Numbered from the stretch's first letter, positions 17,392-26,965 are shown. The stretch is DNA of 64,000 bases from Methanobacteriota archaeon (GCA_019347805.1 JAHWKR010000003.1:1-64000); one strand, 5' to 3'. The notes: generated from the letters alone by a model not told the origin. Numbers and translations are program-made.

Positions 17392-19080
17392 ATGGAACGT
17401 TCTCATTCGGCCCTTGATGCGGTGGACCGGGCGCCTGCGCCCCAGTCCAGCGGAGGCCTCTCCGTCCGTGCGTCTCCGGTCCTTGTCACCACCGCTCCGG
17501 ACCCGTCCGTCCCGCGTCCTGATGGCGACCCCTCGACGTCGTTCGGTGTCCGGCTCCGGCGCACCTCGAAGAAGGTACGGCAGACCCTTCTTTCCGACAA
17601 GATGGCCGTGGCCCATGTCGTGATGTTCATCATCACCGCCGCCATCTTCCTGCCCGCCATCGCCGTCCTCTTCGTCTACCTCGACGACACCGGGGAGAAC
17701 CAGAAACCCCCCACGGGCGCCATCCACATGCGCGCCCAACAGACCCTTCTGCAACTCACTTCTTCGAAGGGTCTGACGGAGAGCGGGAAGACCGACTGGA
17801 ACAACTACGGTGAACCGTGGACCGGTGCGACCGACCACAAGCTCGACGAGGTCGGCCTGGTCTCCGATGACGGCCGGGTGCTCTCGTACGACAAGATCCG
17901 CATGATCCAGCAGGGGCGCATGCAGACCTCCGTGGCGAACGGCTTCCTCGATTATCCGGAACTCAAGTCCGTTCTCAACATGGGCGACCGGTACGACCTG
18001 CGCATCCGGTCCTATCCGGTCGTCACCTCCTCGGTCGGCAACCCGTACGGCTCGGACCCGATCCAGGGCAAGCACGTCGGTTATGTGGCTGCGCTCACGA
18101 ACAGCGAGATCTCGGTGGGCACCGACGACTTCGGGTTCCCGACCGCCCGCGCCACCGCCGAGATCGAGGCCCTCAAACTCCTCAAACTCACGACAGATCC
18201 TTCGAGCGAGACGAACGGCTTCGATGCCGATTGGTACCAGCCTTGTTGCACTTCCAGCTCCCCGAACGCTTATTCCGGTGCAGCGGTCATCGAGGGCGAT
18301 GTCATCGCCACCACGTCGCGCACCTATGCCACGATCGAAGAACCGCTGGTTCCTATCCCCTACCTCGACCACTTCTTCGATTCCTACTTCAAGCTCGAGG
18401 ACGGTTCCTACCGCTTCGACGCCCTCGTCTTCGGCTCTGACGTCGACCTCACCTTGTGGAACACCGACAAGGCGCGCGCCGCCCTGACCGCCTTCCTCGA
18501 TTCGGGTCGCGCCATCGTCTTCCTCGGGTCCACGACGACCGCCGAAGGGCTCGTCAACAAGTGCGGCGCCACCGCCGATTGCCTACTCCGGGACGAGGAC
18601 GCCCACGCGCCGTTCACCACCCCGGACAGCACGAACCCGATCCTCAGCACGCCGAACAAGCTGAACCACCAGTCGTACGACAGCAGCACCGCCGGCGGTG
18701 ACTGGCCGATCTGTGACGACGACCGCAACGGCTTCATTCCCATCCTCATGGTGAGCGGGTCCGCCTCGTCGCCCGGTTGCACGGAGGTCCAGAAGGTCAT
18801 GCTCGGCATCACCGCCGGTGACCGCTACGACAACGGCGGGACGCTCGTGCTGTCCGCCTACGACGTCACGAAGAGCACCATGGCCAACAAACACGAAGCG
18901 GCGCGCTATTATTCCAACATCCTCAACATCGCCCTCCTGCGCGCGGCCTACATCGATTTCGGCCCGTCGCTCCCGGACCAGGCGCCGGTCGAGCACGCGG
19001 AGCGGATCCTGCTCATCGAGTTCCCGGACGGCACCAAGATGGACCTCGCGCTGCAGGTCTATGTCTGGCGCACCGGGTGA
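17392..19080 (+). CDS. membrane-anchored extracellular protein, hypothetical
   Basis: Single N-terminal TM (MAVAHVVMFIITAAIFLPAIAVLFVYL) followed by a ~480-aa Cys-containing ectodomain. An alternative start is ATG at 17602; the upstream 70 codons are Pro/Ser-rich but keep a coding-like GC3. Confidence 0.5.
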   Translation: MERSHSALDAVDRAPAPQSSGGLSVRASPVLVTTAPDPSVPRPDGDPSTSFGVRLRRTSKKVRQTLLSDKMAVAHVVMFIITAAIFLPAIAVLFVYLDDTGENQKPPTGAIHMRAQQTLLQLTSSKGLTESGKTDWNNYGEPWTGATDHKLDEVGLVSDDGRVLSYDKIRMIQQGRMQTSVANGFLDYPELKSVLNMGDRYDLRIRSYPVVTSSVGNPYGSDPIQGKHVGYVAALTNSEISVGTDDFGFPTARATAEIEALKLLKLTTDPSSETNGFDADWYQPCCTSSSPNAYSGAAVIEGDVIATTSRTYATIEEPLVPIPYLDHFFDSYFKLEDGSYRFDALVFGSDVDLTLWNTDKARAALTAFLDSGRAIVFLGSTTTAEGLVNKCGATADCLLRDEDAHAPFTTPDSTNPILSTPNKLNHQSYDSSTAGGDWPICDDDRNGFIPILMVSGSASSPGCTEVQKVMLGITAGDRYDNGGTLVLSAYDVTKSTMANKHEAARYYSNILNIALLRAAYIDFGPSLPDQAPVEHAERILLIEFPDGTKMDLALQVYVWRTG

Positions 19081-19275
19081 GGAGGCGCCTTGGCGGCGGC
19101 CACCCTCGGTCTGTTCACCTTGCAGCTTTTCGGCCTTCGGCCTCGCACCGCACCGGACCGTCGCTTTCTGGAACGGCCACCCTTGCGCCACCGCACCGTC
19201 GGCCCCCTACTCTGAGGGACACGCCGGACACCCGCCACAAAACGTTAAACCCCACCCTCCGCTCCCCTCCCACAG

Positions 19276-20988
19276 GTGGACATCGTGCGGACCCCTTGGA
19301 GATTCTTCGTCAGCCTCGCCCTCGTCGCCGTGATGGCTCCGGCCTTGCCGTTCCCGGCCGGTGTCGAGGCGACGCATCCGATCGACTCGCGCTCGCTTTG
19401 GGGCGAGTGGGGGGAACCGTTCGACGGCGAGGTGCCGGCGGTGAACCTCGTGGTCCTGCACGATGGCCGTGTGCTCTATTGGTCGGGCGTCGAGGCCGAC
19501 GAGACCGACACCGACCCCGCCCATGCCACGTTCTTCACGAAGACCCCGAAGAGCGGCGAATCACGCATCCTCGACCTCTCCGGGACGACCCCCGTCGTCA
19601 CCACGCCGACGCCTTCCGACGGCGGCGCCGCCGACCTCTTCTGCTCGGGACAGATCGTTTTGCCCGACGGCCGCGTGGTCGTCGCCGGTTCGACCGAATG
19701 GCACACGTTGCCCGACATGACGACCCCCCTCGAGGGCGGTGTGGACGTGCGCGTCTTCGACCCCGCGACCGACACCTGGACGGTGGTCGACGACATGGAG
19801 TGGGGACGTTGGTATCCCTCGGTCATCCAGCTCCCGGACGGGAGCCCGCTTGCGATCTCGGGCATCACGAACCTCACGATGCCCCACACGCAGGTCCTGC
19901 CATGGGAACGCTATGACCATGTGCACGACCATTGGAGCGAGGTCGACGGCGCGGACCGCCTCCTGCCGCTCTATCCCCGCGTCTTCGTCGTCCCGGGCGG
20001 ACCGATGAAGGGCGAGGTCTTCTACAACACCGTCGGCACCCTGTGGGGCCCGTTCGGCGAACATCCCGCCGAGGCGACGTGGAGCCTGCAGCAATCATTC
20101 GACCCGGACACGAAGACCTGGCGCTTCCTCGGCCCCTCCGTCTTCGGCGCGCGCCAGCACGGCGCGAGCGTCATGCTGCCGCTCTCGAGCGACGACGGTT
20201 ACGCGCCGCGCTTCCTCACTTTCGGTGGCACGCTCCAGCGTGGTGTCGCCGCCGTCCCGTTCGCGGAGGTCAACGACCTTTCCACCGACCCGCCGACGAA
20301 CACCGCGGTCGCCACGATGGCGAACGGCCGCTGGCACCTCAACGGCGTCACCCTCCCCGATGGCAAGGTGCTCGCGGTGGGCGGCGCCGCCTACGACAAT
20401 GTGGTCGTGCACGGACAAGAGAACGTGCCGATCCTGAGCGCTGAGATCTATGACCCGGAGAAAGACCGCTGGCTGGAGACGCCCGAGATGGAGGTGGCGC
20501 GCATGTACCACTCGACGGCGGCGCTTCTTCCCGACGGCAGCGTGCTCCTGGGTGGCCACGTGCCGCTTCCGAACCCGTTCACACCGCTCCGGCAGGAGAT
20601 CCCCGGGACCGGCTTCGCGCCGAACCCGCAGACGGTGGAGACGCGCTTCGAGGTCTACCGGCCGCCCTACATGTTCCGTGGCGACCGGCCGACCATCGAC
20701 GACGCGCCGGACCACACCCATTATGGCGCGACGTTCACCGTGAACGTGACGACCGACGCCCCGGTCGACTCGGTGGTCCTTGTCCGCCCCGGCGCCACGA
20801 CGCACGCCTTCGACATGGCGCAGCGCAGTGTGGTGCTCAACGTCGTCCACCAGGCCGGCGGAACATTGACCGTGGAGGCACCGCCGGACGCCACTGTCGC
20901 CCAACCCGGACATTGGATGCTCTTCGTCAATGAGGAGCACCCGCTCGGTCCTGTGCCGAGCGAGGCGAGGTTCGTGCACGTGTCCTAG
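19276..20988 (+). CDS. secreted copper-radical oxidase, galactose oxidase/glyoxal oxidase-like (Kelch propeller plus C-terminal DUF1929 Ig-like domain)
   Basis: Signal peptide. Kelch-like blades. Motifs typical of the glyoxal-oxidase family: RMYHSTAALLPDGSVLLGG, EVYRPPYMF, GHWMLFV. Confidence 0.7.
   Translation: MDIVRTPWRFFVSLALVAVMAPALPFPAGVEATHPIDSRSLWGEWGEPFDGEVPAVNLVVLHDGRVLYWSGVEADETDTDPAHATFFTKTPKSGESRILDLSGTTPVVTTPTPSDGGAADLFCSGQIVLPDGRVVVAGSTEWHTLPDMTTPLEGGVDVRVFDPATDTWTVVDDMEWGRWYPSVIQLPDGSPLAISGITNLTMPHTQVLPWERYDHVHDHWSEVDGADRLLPLYPRVFVVPGGPMKGEVFYNTVGTLWGPFGEHPAEATWSLQQSFDPDTKTWRFLGPSVFGARQHGASVMLPLSSDDGYAPRFLTFGGTLQRGVAAVPFAEVNDLSTDPPTNTAVATMANGRWHLNGVTLPDGKVLAVGGAAYDNVVVHGQENVPILSAEIYDPEKDRWLETPEMEVARMYHSTAALLPDGSVLLGGHVPLPNPFTPLRQEIPGTGFAPNPQTVETRFEVYRPPYMFRGDRPTIDDAPDHTHYGATFTVNVTTDAPVDSVVLVRPGATTHAFDMAQRSVVLNVVHQAGGTLTVEAPPDATVAQPGHWMLFVNEEHPLGPVPSEARFVHVS
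20950..20988. repeat. direct repeat copy 1 (3' end of oxidase gene including its TAG stop)
   Basis: cctgtgccgagcgaggcgaggttcgtgcacgtgtcctag matches 21779..21817 at 34 of 39 positions, with a perfect 24-nt core ccgagcgaggcgaggttcgtgcac. Confidence 0.8.
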
Positions 20989-21778
20989 GAACCGCCATCG
21001 ACCACAGGTGCGTACCGGCGACCAACTCACCGACCGCGACCTCCAACATCGACCTGCTCAAGCCATCAGGGGGCCCGCCAGGGCACAAAGGCTTAAGAAA
21101 AAGGCACGGCCATTTCGATACGATGACCGCGGACAGGATTCCGACCGAGCGTCGTAAGGTCCGCCTTACACTTCAAGAGGAGAAGGCCATCAGGCGCTGG
21201 GGCTCGATAATCGTCTCCACGCGCGACTGATCACCGAGTTGCCGCTCGACGCATTCCCGCGTCATCTTTATGTGCTGGTCCTTCACCTGTTGCCGACCGT
21301 AGCCGAACTCGCTCTGCCGGTCGATCAATCGATGCGACGCATCGGAGAAGTTGTCCACCGCGACCCGGAAATCGATCCTCGGCGTCCGGTTCGTCGCCAT
21401 ACCAGGGGAAGGCGATTCCCAGCGCGGTAAGGATCCCTTCGAGAAAGAGCATCGAGGTGCGGTGGTTCCCGTTTCCGAGGCACTGTGCCCAGACCAGAGA
21501 ATGAAGGACCTCCGCGACCAGGTCGGCGCCCCGAGCATCTGAGGCCAGCACTCCGCGGAACACCGCCGCCAGACGGTCCGGCTCCGTCGGCTTGTATTCC
21601 TCAAGGGCGACCCCCCGGTCGGTCAGATGGATCTGTCGCCGAATAGTACTCCAAGAACCGATCAACGGCTCGTTCGGCGGCGTCAGCCACGGCACATGCC
21701 ACTCCCGCAGCCCAGAAAACCCTTACCTCACCGCCCTAGGCGCATCTGACAGCCTTACCTAGTATGTATCGACCAGCG
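20989..21778. mobile_element. ~790-bp putative insertion/remnant element flanked by 39-bp direct repeats
   Basis: Bounded by the two repeat copies. Local GC is roughly 58%, against ~68% for the genome. It sits exactly between the convergent oxidase and ABC-2 permease stops and carries a Doc/Fic-like ORF on the minus strand. No integrase is present. Confidence 0.35.
21231..21695 (-). CDS. Fic/Doc-family-like protein with degenerate active-site motif
   Basis: ...LHSLVWAQCLGNGNHRTSMLFLEGILTALGI... aligns to the Doc core HxFxDxNKRTAxxxxxxFLxxNG. The catalytic His is replaced by Gln and the Asp by Gly/Asn. The gene lies entirely inside the insertion; an overlapping alternative frame is 21173..21604. 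Confidence 0.35.
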   Translation of the reverse strand: MPWLTPPNEPLIGSWSTIRRQIHLTDRGVALEEYKPTEPDRLAAVFRGVLASDARGADLVAEVLHSLVWAQCLGNGNHRTSMLFLEGILTALGIAFPWYGDEPDAEDRFPGRGGQLLRCVASIDRPAERVRLRSATGEGPAHKDDAGMRRAATR

Positions 21779-21817
21779 CTTGTCCCGAGCGAGGCGAGGT
21801 TCGTGCACCTTTCGTAG
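21779..21817. repeat. direct repeat copy 2
   Basis: cttgtcccgagcgaggcgaggttcgtgcacctttcgtag; ends 1 nt before the ABC-2 permease stop codon (tca at 21819-21821). Confidence 0.8.
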
Positions 21818-21818
21818 G

Positions 21819-22901
21819 TCACGACTCTCCGGCCGCCATCCATCTGCCGGCCCGCCTCAGCGCCGACCTAAGGAGCCCCCAGCCGACGAGCGACGCGACG
21901 AGGCTGCCAAGGACGACAAGGTGGACCCCTCGGTGCACGGAGTCGGCGGCGAGGAGCGTCACGGCGTTCACTGGTGAGACCGGCAAGAGCATCGCCAGGC
22001 CGAGGACGAGGAAGAAGGCGAGCGCGAAGAGCACCTGCGCCCGGTCGCGGTCGCGGACGGCGAGGGCGATGGCCGCCGCGAGAATACCGCCGATCCACGC
22101 GAGCGCGGTGGCGAGGACGGTGATGAAGAAGAGGCCGCTCCATGGGATGGAGAAGCCGTTCAGGGCCAGGAGCCCGAACCAGGCGACGACGAGGAGCGGC
22201 GTGATGGCGGTGTTGGCAAGGATCTTCCCTTCCACCACCTGCGTCGCGTTCGCCGGCGTCACCAAAAGCAGCGGCAGTGTCCCCCGTTGCACCTCCTCGG
22301 TCAACGAGTCGGCGCTGAGGCCGCCGGAGATGATGACCGGCAGGAAGACGAGGAGTGGGATGAGGAGGGCGTAGACGAACGAGAACTGGCCGGCGGCGAT
22401 GTCGCCCTCGACGTAGAGCGGTTCCTGGACGAGACGTCCGTCGCGCTCTTCGCGCAGCTCCTTCTCGTACACTTCAAGCGCGTTCTTGACCTGGGTGAGC
22501 GTCAGGGTGGCGAGCATGTCCGATTCGGGCAGCACCAGTTCGACGTCGAACGTGCCGTTCTCGTCCAGTGGCCCGCGTACGAGCATCAAGGCGTCGGCCG
22601 CCCCTTGGGTGAAGGCGGCGCGGGCGTTCTCGTCGCTGTCGTAGTAACGCACGTCGAGGCCTTCGGCGGCGAGCACCTCGGCCGCGCGGCTCGTACCGTT
22701 CGTCGCCACCACCGGCTCGGTGTAATCGGGGATGGCGGACGGGTCCACCAGCGCAGAGAGGCCGACGACAAGGAAGCTGGAGAAGGCGGCGACGAAGACC
22801 TGGATGACGATGGCGAGGAGGATGGTGCGTTCGCGGAAGATGCCGACGAACTCCTTCTTGGCGATGGCCCCTAGTGCGCTAAAGGAGACCACCTCCTCCA
22901 A
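21819..22901 (-). CDS. ABC-2 type transporter permease
   Basis: N-terminal cytoplasmic helix, a large extracytoplasmic loop, then 5 C-terminal TM helices; last gene of a three-gene minus-strand operon. Confidence 0.65.
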   Translation of the reverse strand: MEEVVSFSALGAIAKKEFVGIFRERTILLAIVIQVFVAAFSSFLVVGLSALVDPSAIPDYTEPVVATNGTSRAAEVLAAEGLDVRYYDSDENARAAFTQGAADALMLVRGPLDENGTFDVELVLPESDMLATLTLTQVKNALEVYEKELREERDGRLVQEPLYVEGDIAAGQFSFVYALLIPLLVFLPVIISGGLSADSLTEEVQRGTLPLLLVTPANATQVVEGKILANTAITPLLVVAWFGLLALNGFSIPWSGLFFITVLATALAWIGGILAAAIALAVRDRDRAQVLFALAFFLVLGLAMLLPVSPVNAVTLLAADSVHRGVHLVVLGSLVASLVGWGLLRSALRRAGRWMAAGES

Positions 22902-24738
22902 GGACCTTCAGGATGGCGAGGTTGTAGGCGGCGTGCAGGAGCACCGCGGAGGTGAAGGCGACGACGAAGTCGGCGCGGCCGCGGCGGGCACCCCAGGCCG
23001 AGATGCAGGCGGTCACGACATGCAGCAGCAGTGGGAAGAGGAGCAGCACACCGACGACGAGCCAGGGGATCCCCGCGTCCAAGGCCCCGGCGCCGGCGCT
23101 CCCGAAGACGGCGGCCCCGGCGGGCACCTGGAACAGCCCGGTGAGCGAGGCGAAAAGGAACGCCTTCTCGGCGACGAAGAACCCGACCCCGACGAGGGCG
23201 CCGAAGAGGAGCATCCGCTTCATCGGCACACGGCCGCGCTGCGCGGCGGCGTAGCTGGGGGCGCCCTTGAACAACTCCTCGACGAACGCGATGGCGACGA
23301 GCGTACCCAGGACGCCGGTCTGGACCGGCCAGGCGAAGAGGAACGCGACCAGGAAGAGCTCGGCGACGAGGACGAACGGGATGAACAGCGCCGCCAGCCA
23401 GAATCCGCTGCCGAGGCCGTGCACCTGGCGCGCCACGGCGTCGACCGCCTTCGACAGGACCGGCTTCTGGTGGAAGAGGTCCTCTTCGCGGAAGAGCGCC
23501 ACGCCGAGAAGGAAGAGCACCATGGCGACGAGTGTGAGTGGCACAGTGGCGTAGAGCATCTCGATGAGGGAGATCTCGGAGCCGCGCAGGTCGAGGACGA
23601 TGAGCGAGATGGGGGAGACCAGGGCGACCGGATGGACCTCGGTGAAGGCCGCCGGAAGGAAGGCGTACATGGTCAGCAGCACGCTCGCGAAGACGGTGAG
23701 GAAGGTGAGTTCGCGGAACGAGCGCGCGAACATGGCGGCGATGAACTCCAAAGCCAGGAAGACCAGGACGAGCGGGACGACGGCGACGAGCGACACCCAG
23801 CCGGCGCCGATCCAGAGCGCGATGGCCGCCGAGATGCCGAGCATCAGGACGAGGTAAGGCAGGGTCTTGCCGATGAGGATCTCCATCGGTGTGACCGGGG
23901 AGGCGAGGAGCGCTTCGCCTTGGCGGCCGAGGCGTTCGCGCAATATGGCGCCGGCGTAGACCTGGACGATGAAGTTCATCGGCAGGAGGAACGCGTAGGC
24001 GAGAAGCAGCGAACGGAACGGGAACGGCGGTTGCAGCGTCCCCGGTGTGTTCGGTTCGTCCCCTTGCGGCATGTAGGAGAAACCGCCGTCGATGTCCCCG
24101 GATGGTGGCGGAGCCGACGCGTCGCCGCTTGGCGTATCCGTGCCATCGCCCCCTTCGCCTTCCAGCCGGGACTCTTCCTCGTCGGCGGTCTCCCCTGCAC
24201 GTGGGTCGATCGGCTCGGGAAGGGCACCCGATGTCCCCCCACCGAACGCACCGGGTGCCTGCTCTTCGTAGCTGAGGGTGATGCGCACGGGGAACGCCGC
24301 CGTCTGGTCGGGCTCGGAGCGCATGATGAGGTGCGTGTGCGCCTTGACGGCGTCGTCGAGGGCGACGAGCGACGCCTTTCCCTTGTCGGTCGGTTTGGCG
24401 AACGCGTTCATGCGGTCGACACCGAGGTCGGCCTCGTCCGCATCCACGAAGGGAGCAGGGTCATCGACGATGAAGACACGGAAGACGGGGTCGGCCTCGA
24501 GCGCAGGCCGGAGCGGTGAGTCGGCGGTGACGGCGGCGCGGTAGATGTCGTGGTCGAAGTCGAATCCCGCGCCGAGGACGAACGGCGACAAGAGGGCGCC
24601 GAGGACGCCGAAGAGAAGAAGCCCGAGGAGGGTCTTGCGGTCGAGCTGTTTGCGCGTGCGGCCGAGCTCCCCTTTGGCGATGGTGGCGACGCGTCGGAGA
24701 CGCGCGGCGCTTCGCATGGGTCCGGCGGCGCGGGGCAA
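22879..24738 (-). CDS. ABC-2 family permease fused to a C-terminal CPBP (CAAX protease/bacteriocin-processing)-like intramembrane domain
   Basis: 619 aa with more than 10 TM helices. The C-terminal region carries CPBP-like motifs FVEELFKG (EExxxR-like), LLLHVVTAC (FxxxH-like) and LLHAAYNLAI (HxxxN). An acidic Gly/Asp-rich loop lies in the middle. Confidence 0.55.
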   Translation of the reverse strand: MPRAAGPMRSAARLRRVATIAKGELGRTRKQLDRKTLLGLLLFGVLGALLSPFVLGAGFDFDHDIYRAAVTADSPLRPALEADPVFRVFIVDDPAPFVDADEADLGVDRMNAFAKPTDKGKASLVALDDAVKAHTHLIMRSEPDQTAAFPVRITLSYEEQAPGAFGGGTSGALPEPIDPRAGETADEEESRLEGEGGDGTDTPSGDASAPPPSGDIDGGFSYMPQGDEPNTPGTLQPPFPFRSLLLAYAFLLPMNFIVQVYAGAILRERLGRQGEALLASPVTPMEILIGKTLPYLVLMLGISAAIALWIGAGWVSLVAVVPLVLVFLALEFIAAMFARSFRELTFLTVFASVLLTMYAFLPAAFTEVHPVALVSPISLIVLDLRGSEISLIEMLYATVPLTLVAMVLFLLGVALFREEDLFHQKPVLSKAVDAVARQVHGLGSGFWLAALFIPFVLVAELFLVAFLFAWPVQTGVLGTLVAIAFVEELFKGAPSYAAAQRGRVPMKRMLLFGALVGVGFFVAEKAFLFASLTGLFQVPAGAAVFGSAGAGALDAGIPWLVVGVLLLFPLLLHVVTACISAWGARRGRADFVVAFTSAVLLHAAYNLAILKVLGGGGLL

Positions 24739-24749
24739 GCCATGTCCTC

Positions 24750-25667
24750 CTAGTTGGCGGCGTGGCGCAGGAAGATCTCTTCCAGCGAGACCTCTTCCTC
24801 GCGGACGTCGATGATGCGGCCCCCTTTGTCCTTGACCTGTTCTTCGATGCCATGCACCTCGGCGAAATCGGTCACCGTCATCGCGAAACCGCGCGCGGTC
24901 TCCTCGGCGCCCATGAACGGCACGTCGGTGGTCACGGTGTAGCGGGTGCTGCGGGTCGAGGCACGGATCTCGGCCATCGTCCCTTGGGCGATGACACTGC
25001 CTTGCCGGACGATGAGGACGCGGTCGCAGATGCGTTCGACGTGGTAGAGGTTGTGCGCGCTGAAGACGACGGTCTTGCCGCGTCGGCTCAGCTCTTGGAC
25101 CAGGTCGAGGATGTAGGCAGAGGCGACCGGGTCGAGCCCGGAGGCGGGTTCGTCGTAGATGAGGAGGTCGGGGTCGTTGATGAGGCTGCGGGCGATGGCG
25201 ACCTTGCGCCGCATGCCCTTGGAAAGGTCGCCGATCTTCTTCTCGTCCCGGACATCGAGCTTGAGGGCGGCGAGGCTGTCGTCGATGCGGCGGTCGGCGA
25301 CGTCGCGTGGGACTTCGTAGAGTTCGGCGAAGAAGCGCAGGTACGACAACGGGGTCATGTCCTCGTAGAGGGGGGATTCCTCGGGGAGGTAGCCGATGCG
25401 CATCTTGTGCACCGGGTCCTCGACCTGGAGGCCCCCGACGGTCACCGTGCCGGTGGTCGGCGCGATGAGCCCGGCGAGGATCTTGATGGTTGTCGATTTT
25501 CCGGCGCCGTTCGGTCCGATGATGCCGAAGATCTCTCCGGGTCGGACATCGAAGGTGAGTTCCTTCATGGCCCAGTTGGCGCCATAGCGCTTGCCGAGGC
25601 CTTCGACCACCACGAACGGGTCGCCGGGCGTCGTCTGGGCATGGCTCGTCGTCGCCCTCGCCATCAT
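24750..25667 (-). CDS. ABC transporter ATP-binding protein (ABC-2 exporter ATPase)
   Basis: Internal start MMARATTS... at ATG 25667. Walker A GPNGAGKST, signature LSKGMRRKVAIA, Walker B LLIYDEPASGLD, H-loop. The upstream part of the ORF-track ORF is spurious. Confidence 0.85.
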   Translation of the reverse strand: MMARATTSHAQTTPGDPFVVVEGLGKRYGANWAMKELTFDVRPGEIFGIIGPNGAGKSTTIKILAGLIAPTTGTVTVGGLQVEDPVHKMRIGYLPEESPLYEDMTPLSYLRFFAELYEVPRDVADRRIDDSLAALKLDVRDEKKIGDLSKGMRRKVAIARSLINDPDLLIYDEPASGLDPVASAYILDLVQELSRRGKTVVFSAHNLYHVERICDRVLIVRQGSVIAQGTMAEIRASTRSTRYTVTTDVPFMGAEETARGFAMTVTDFAEVHGIEEQVKDKGGRIIDVREEEVSLEEIFLRHAAN

Positions 25668-25851
25668 GGCGCGACTTGCCGGGAGGAGGCTAATAAAGCA
25701 GCGGGGAGGGGTGGAGGTCCGGGGACGGCAGGGGTCCGCCGTGACGGAAGAAGGCCCGTGGGTCCGTTGTGGCCAAGGCCCTAAGAACGTGCGGCGGCCA
25801 GACACGGCCCGGACCGAACGCTTTAGGCCACGGCCCGGTTCACCGCATCCC

Positions 25852-26880
25852 ATGCCCATGGCCACCGCGACCGAGCACGACGACCCTGCTCCCGACGTGC
25901 ACCGGATCCCGGTCGACATCCCGTTCCCGCTCCCGCCGGCGAACGCCACTTACCTGAAGGGGGCGGTGCCGACCCTTGTCGATACCGGCGCGAAGACCGA
26001 CACGAGCTGGGAATCGTTCGAGCGACAGGCGCGGCGTCGCGGGATCGAGGTCGCGCGCATCGAGCAGGTGCTCGTCACGCATGTCCACCTCGACCATGCC
26101 GGCAACGCGGCGCGCATCCATGAGGCGTCGGGGGCCGAGGTGATGGTGCACGAGGCCGAGGCGGACATCCTGGAGAACTGGTCCTCGCTCACCGAAGGAC
26201 GCAACCGTTCGTATGAGGAGGGATTGCGGCGGGCGGGGCTCCCGGAGCGTCTGCGGCTCGCGCTTTCGCAGCGGGGTACCGATGTCGATGTCATGCTCGA
26301 TGATTGTCCGGTGGCGCGGCGGCTCAAGGACGGCGACAAGATCGAGGCGGGCGACCGCACGCTCACGGTCCTCCACACGCCGGGCCACACGCCGGGGTCG
26401 GTCATCTATTGGGACGAGGAGGATCAGGACCTCTCGCTCGCCATGACCGGCGACACGATCCTGGAGCGTATCACTCCGAACGCGTTGCAGGTGCGGCGCG
26501 AGGAGGACGGGGCGCTCGCCACCTATCTCAAGACGCTCGAGCGCCTGAAGAGCATGCCCATCGGGACGATGATCCCGGGCCATGGCCTGCCGGTGACAGG
26601 ACTCGACGGCATCATCGAGCGGGCGCTCAGGCTCTACGAGGAGCGCAGGGGACGCCTCGTCGGTTTCCTGAAGGACGCGGACGGACCGGTGACGGTGTGG
26701 CGGCTTGTCACCCGGGAATGGCCGGATGTGGATGCGGGCAAGGCGTTCCTCGCCACTTCGGAGGTGCTCGGTCATGTCGGCATCCTCGCCAAGGAGGGTG
26801 TCATTGAGATCACAGAGCCCGAGGAACGGGAAGACGACGAAGAGGCGGCGCTTCTTCGCCTGGCCGCGCCTGAGGCGTGA
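25852..26880 (+). CDS. MBL-fold metallo-hydrolase
   Basis: Start ATG at 25852 (MPMATATEHDD). Metal-binding motif THVHLDHAGN, later HTPGHTPG and PGHG. Confidence 0.7.
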   Translation: MPMATATEHDDPAPDVHRIPVDIPFPLPPANATYLKGAVPTLVDTGAKTDTSWESFERQARRRGIEVARIEQVLVTHVHLDHAGNAARIHEASGAEVMVHEAEADILENWSSLTEGRNRSYEEGLRRAGLPERLRLALSQRGTDVDVMLDDCPVARRLKDGDKIEAGDRTLTVLHTPGHTPGSVIYWDEEDQDLSLAMTGDTILERITPNALQVRREEDGALATYLKTLERLKSMPIGTMIPGHGLPVTGLDGIIERALRLYEERRGRLVGFLKDADGPVTVWRLVTREWPDVDAGKAFLATSEVLGHVGILAKEGVIEITEPEEREDDEEAALLRLAAPEA

Positions 26881-26895
26881 CGACGGCCTGACCGA

Positions 26896-26965
26896 CCGCT
26901 CGGACGCTCACTTCGCCGACAACTGCACGACCGCTCGGACGCTCACTTCGCCGACAACTGCACGA
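26896..26965. repeat. perfect 35-bp tandem duplication (x2) spanning the encapsulin stop codon
   Basis: ccgctcggacgctcacttcgccgacaactgcacga at 26896-26930 and 26931-26965. The second copy encodes the encapsulin C-terminus ...VQLSAK plus stop on the minus strand; the first copy repeats this in the 62-bp convergent intergenic space. Confidence 0.85.
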
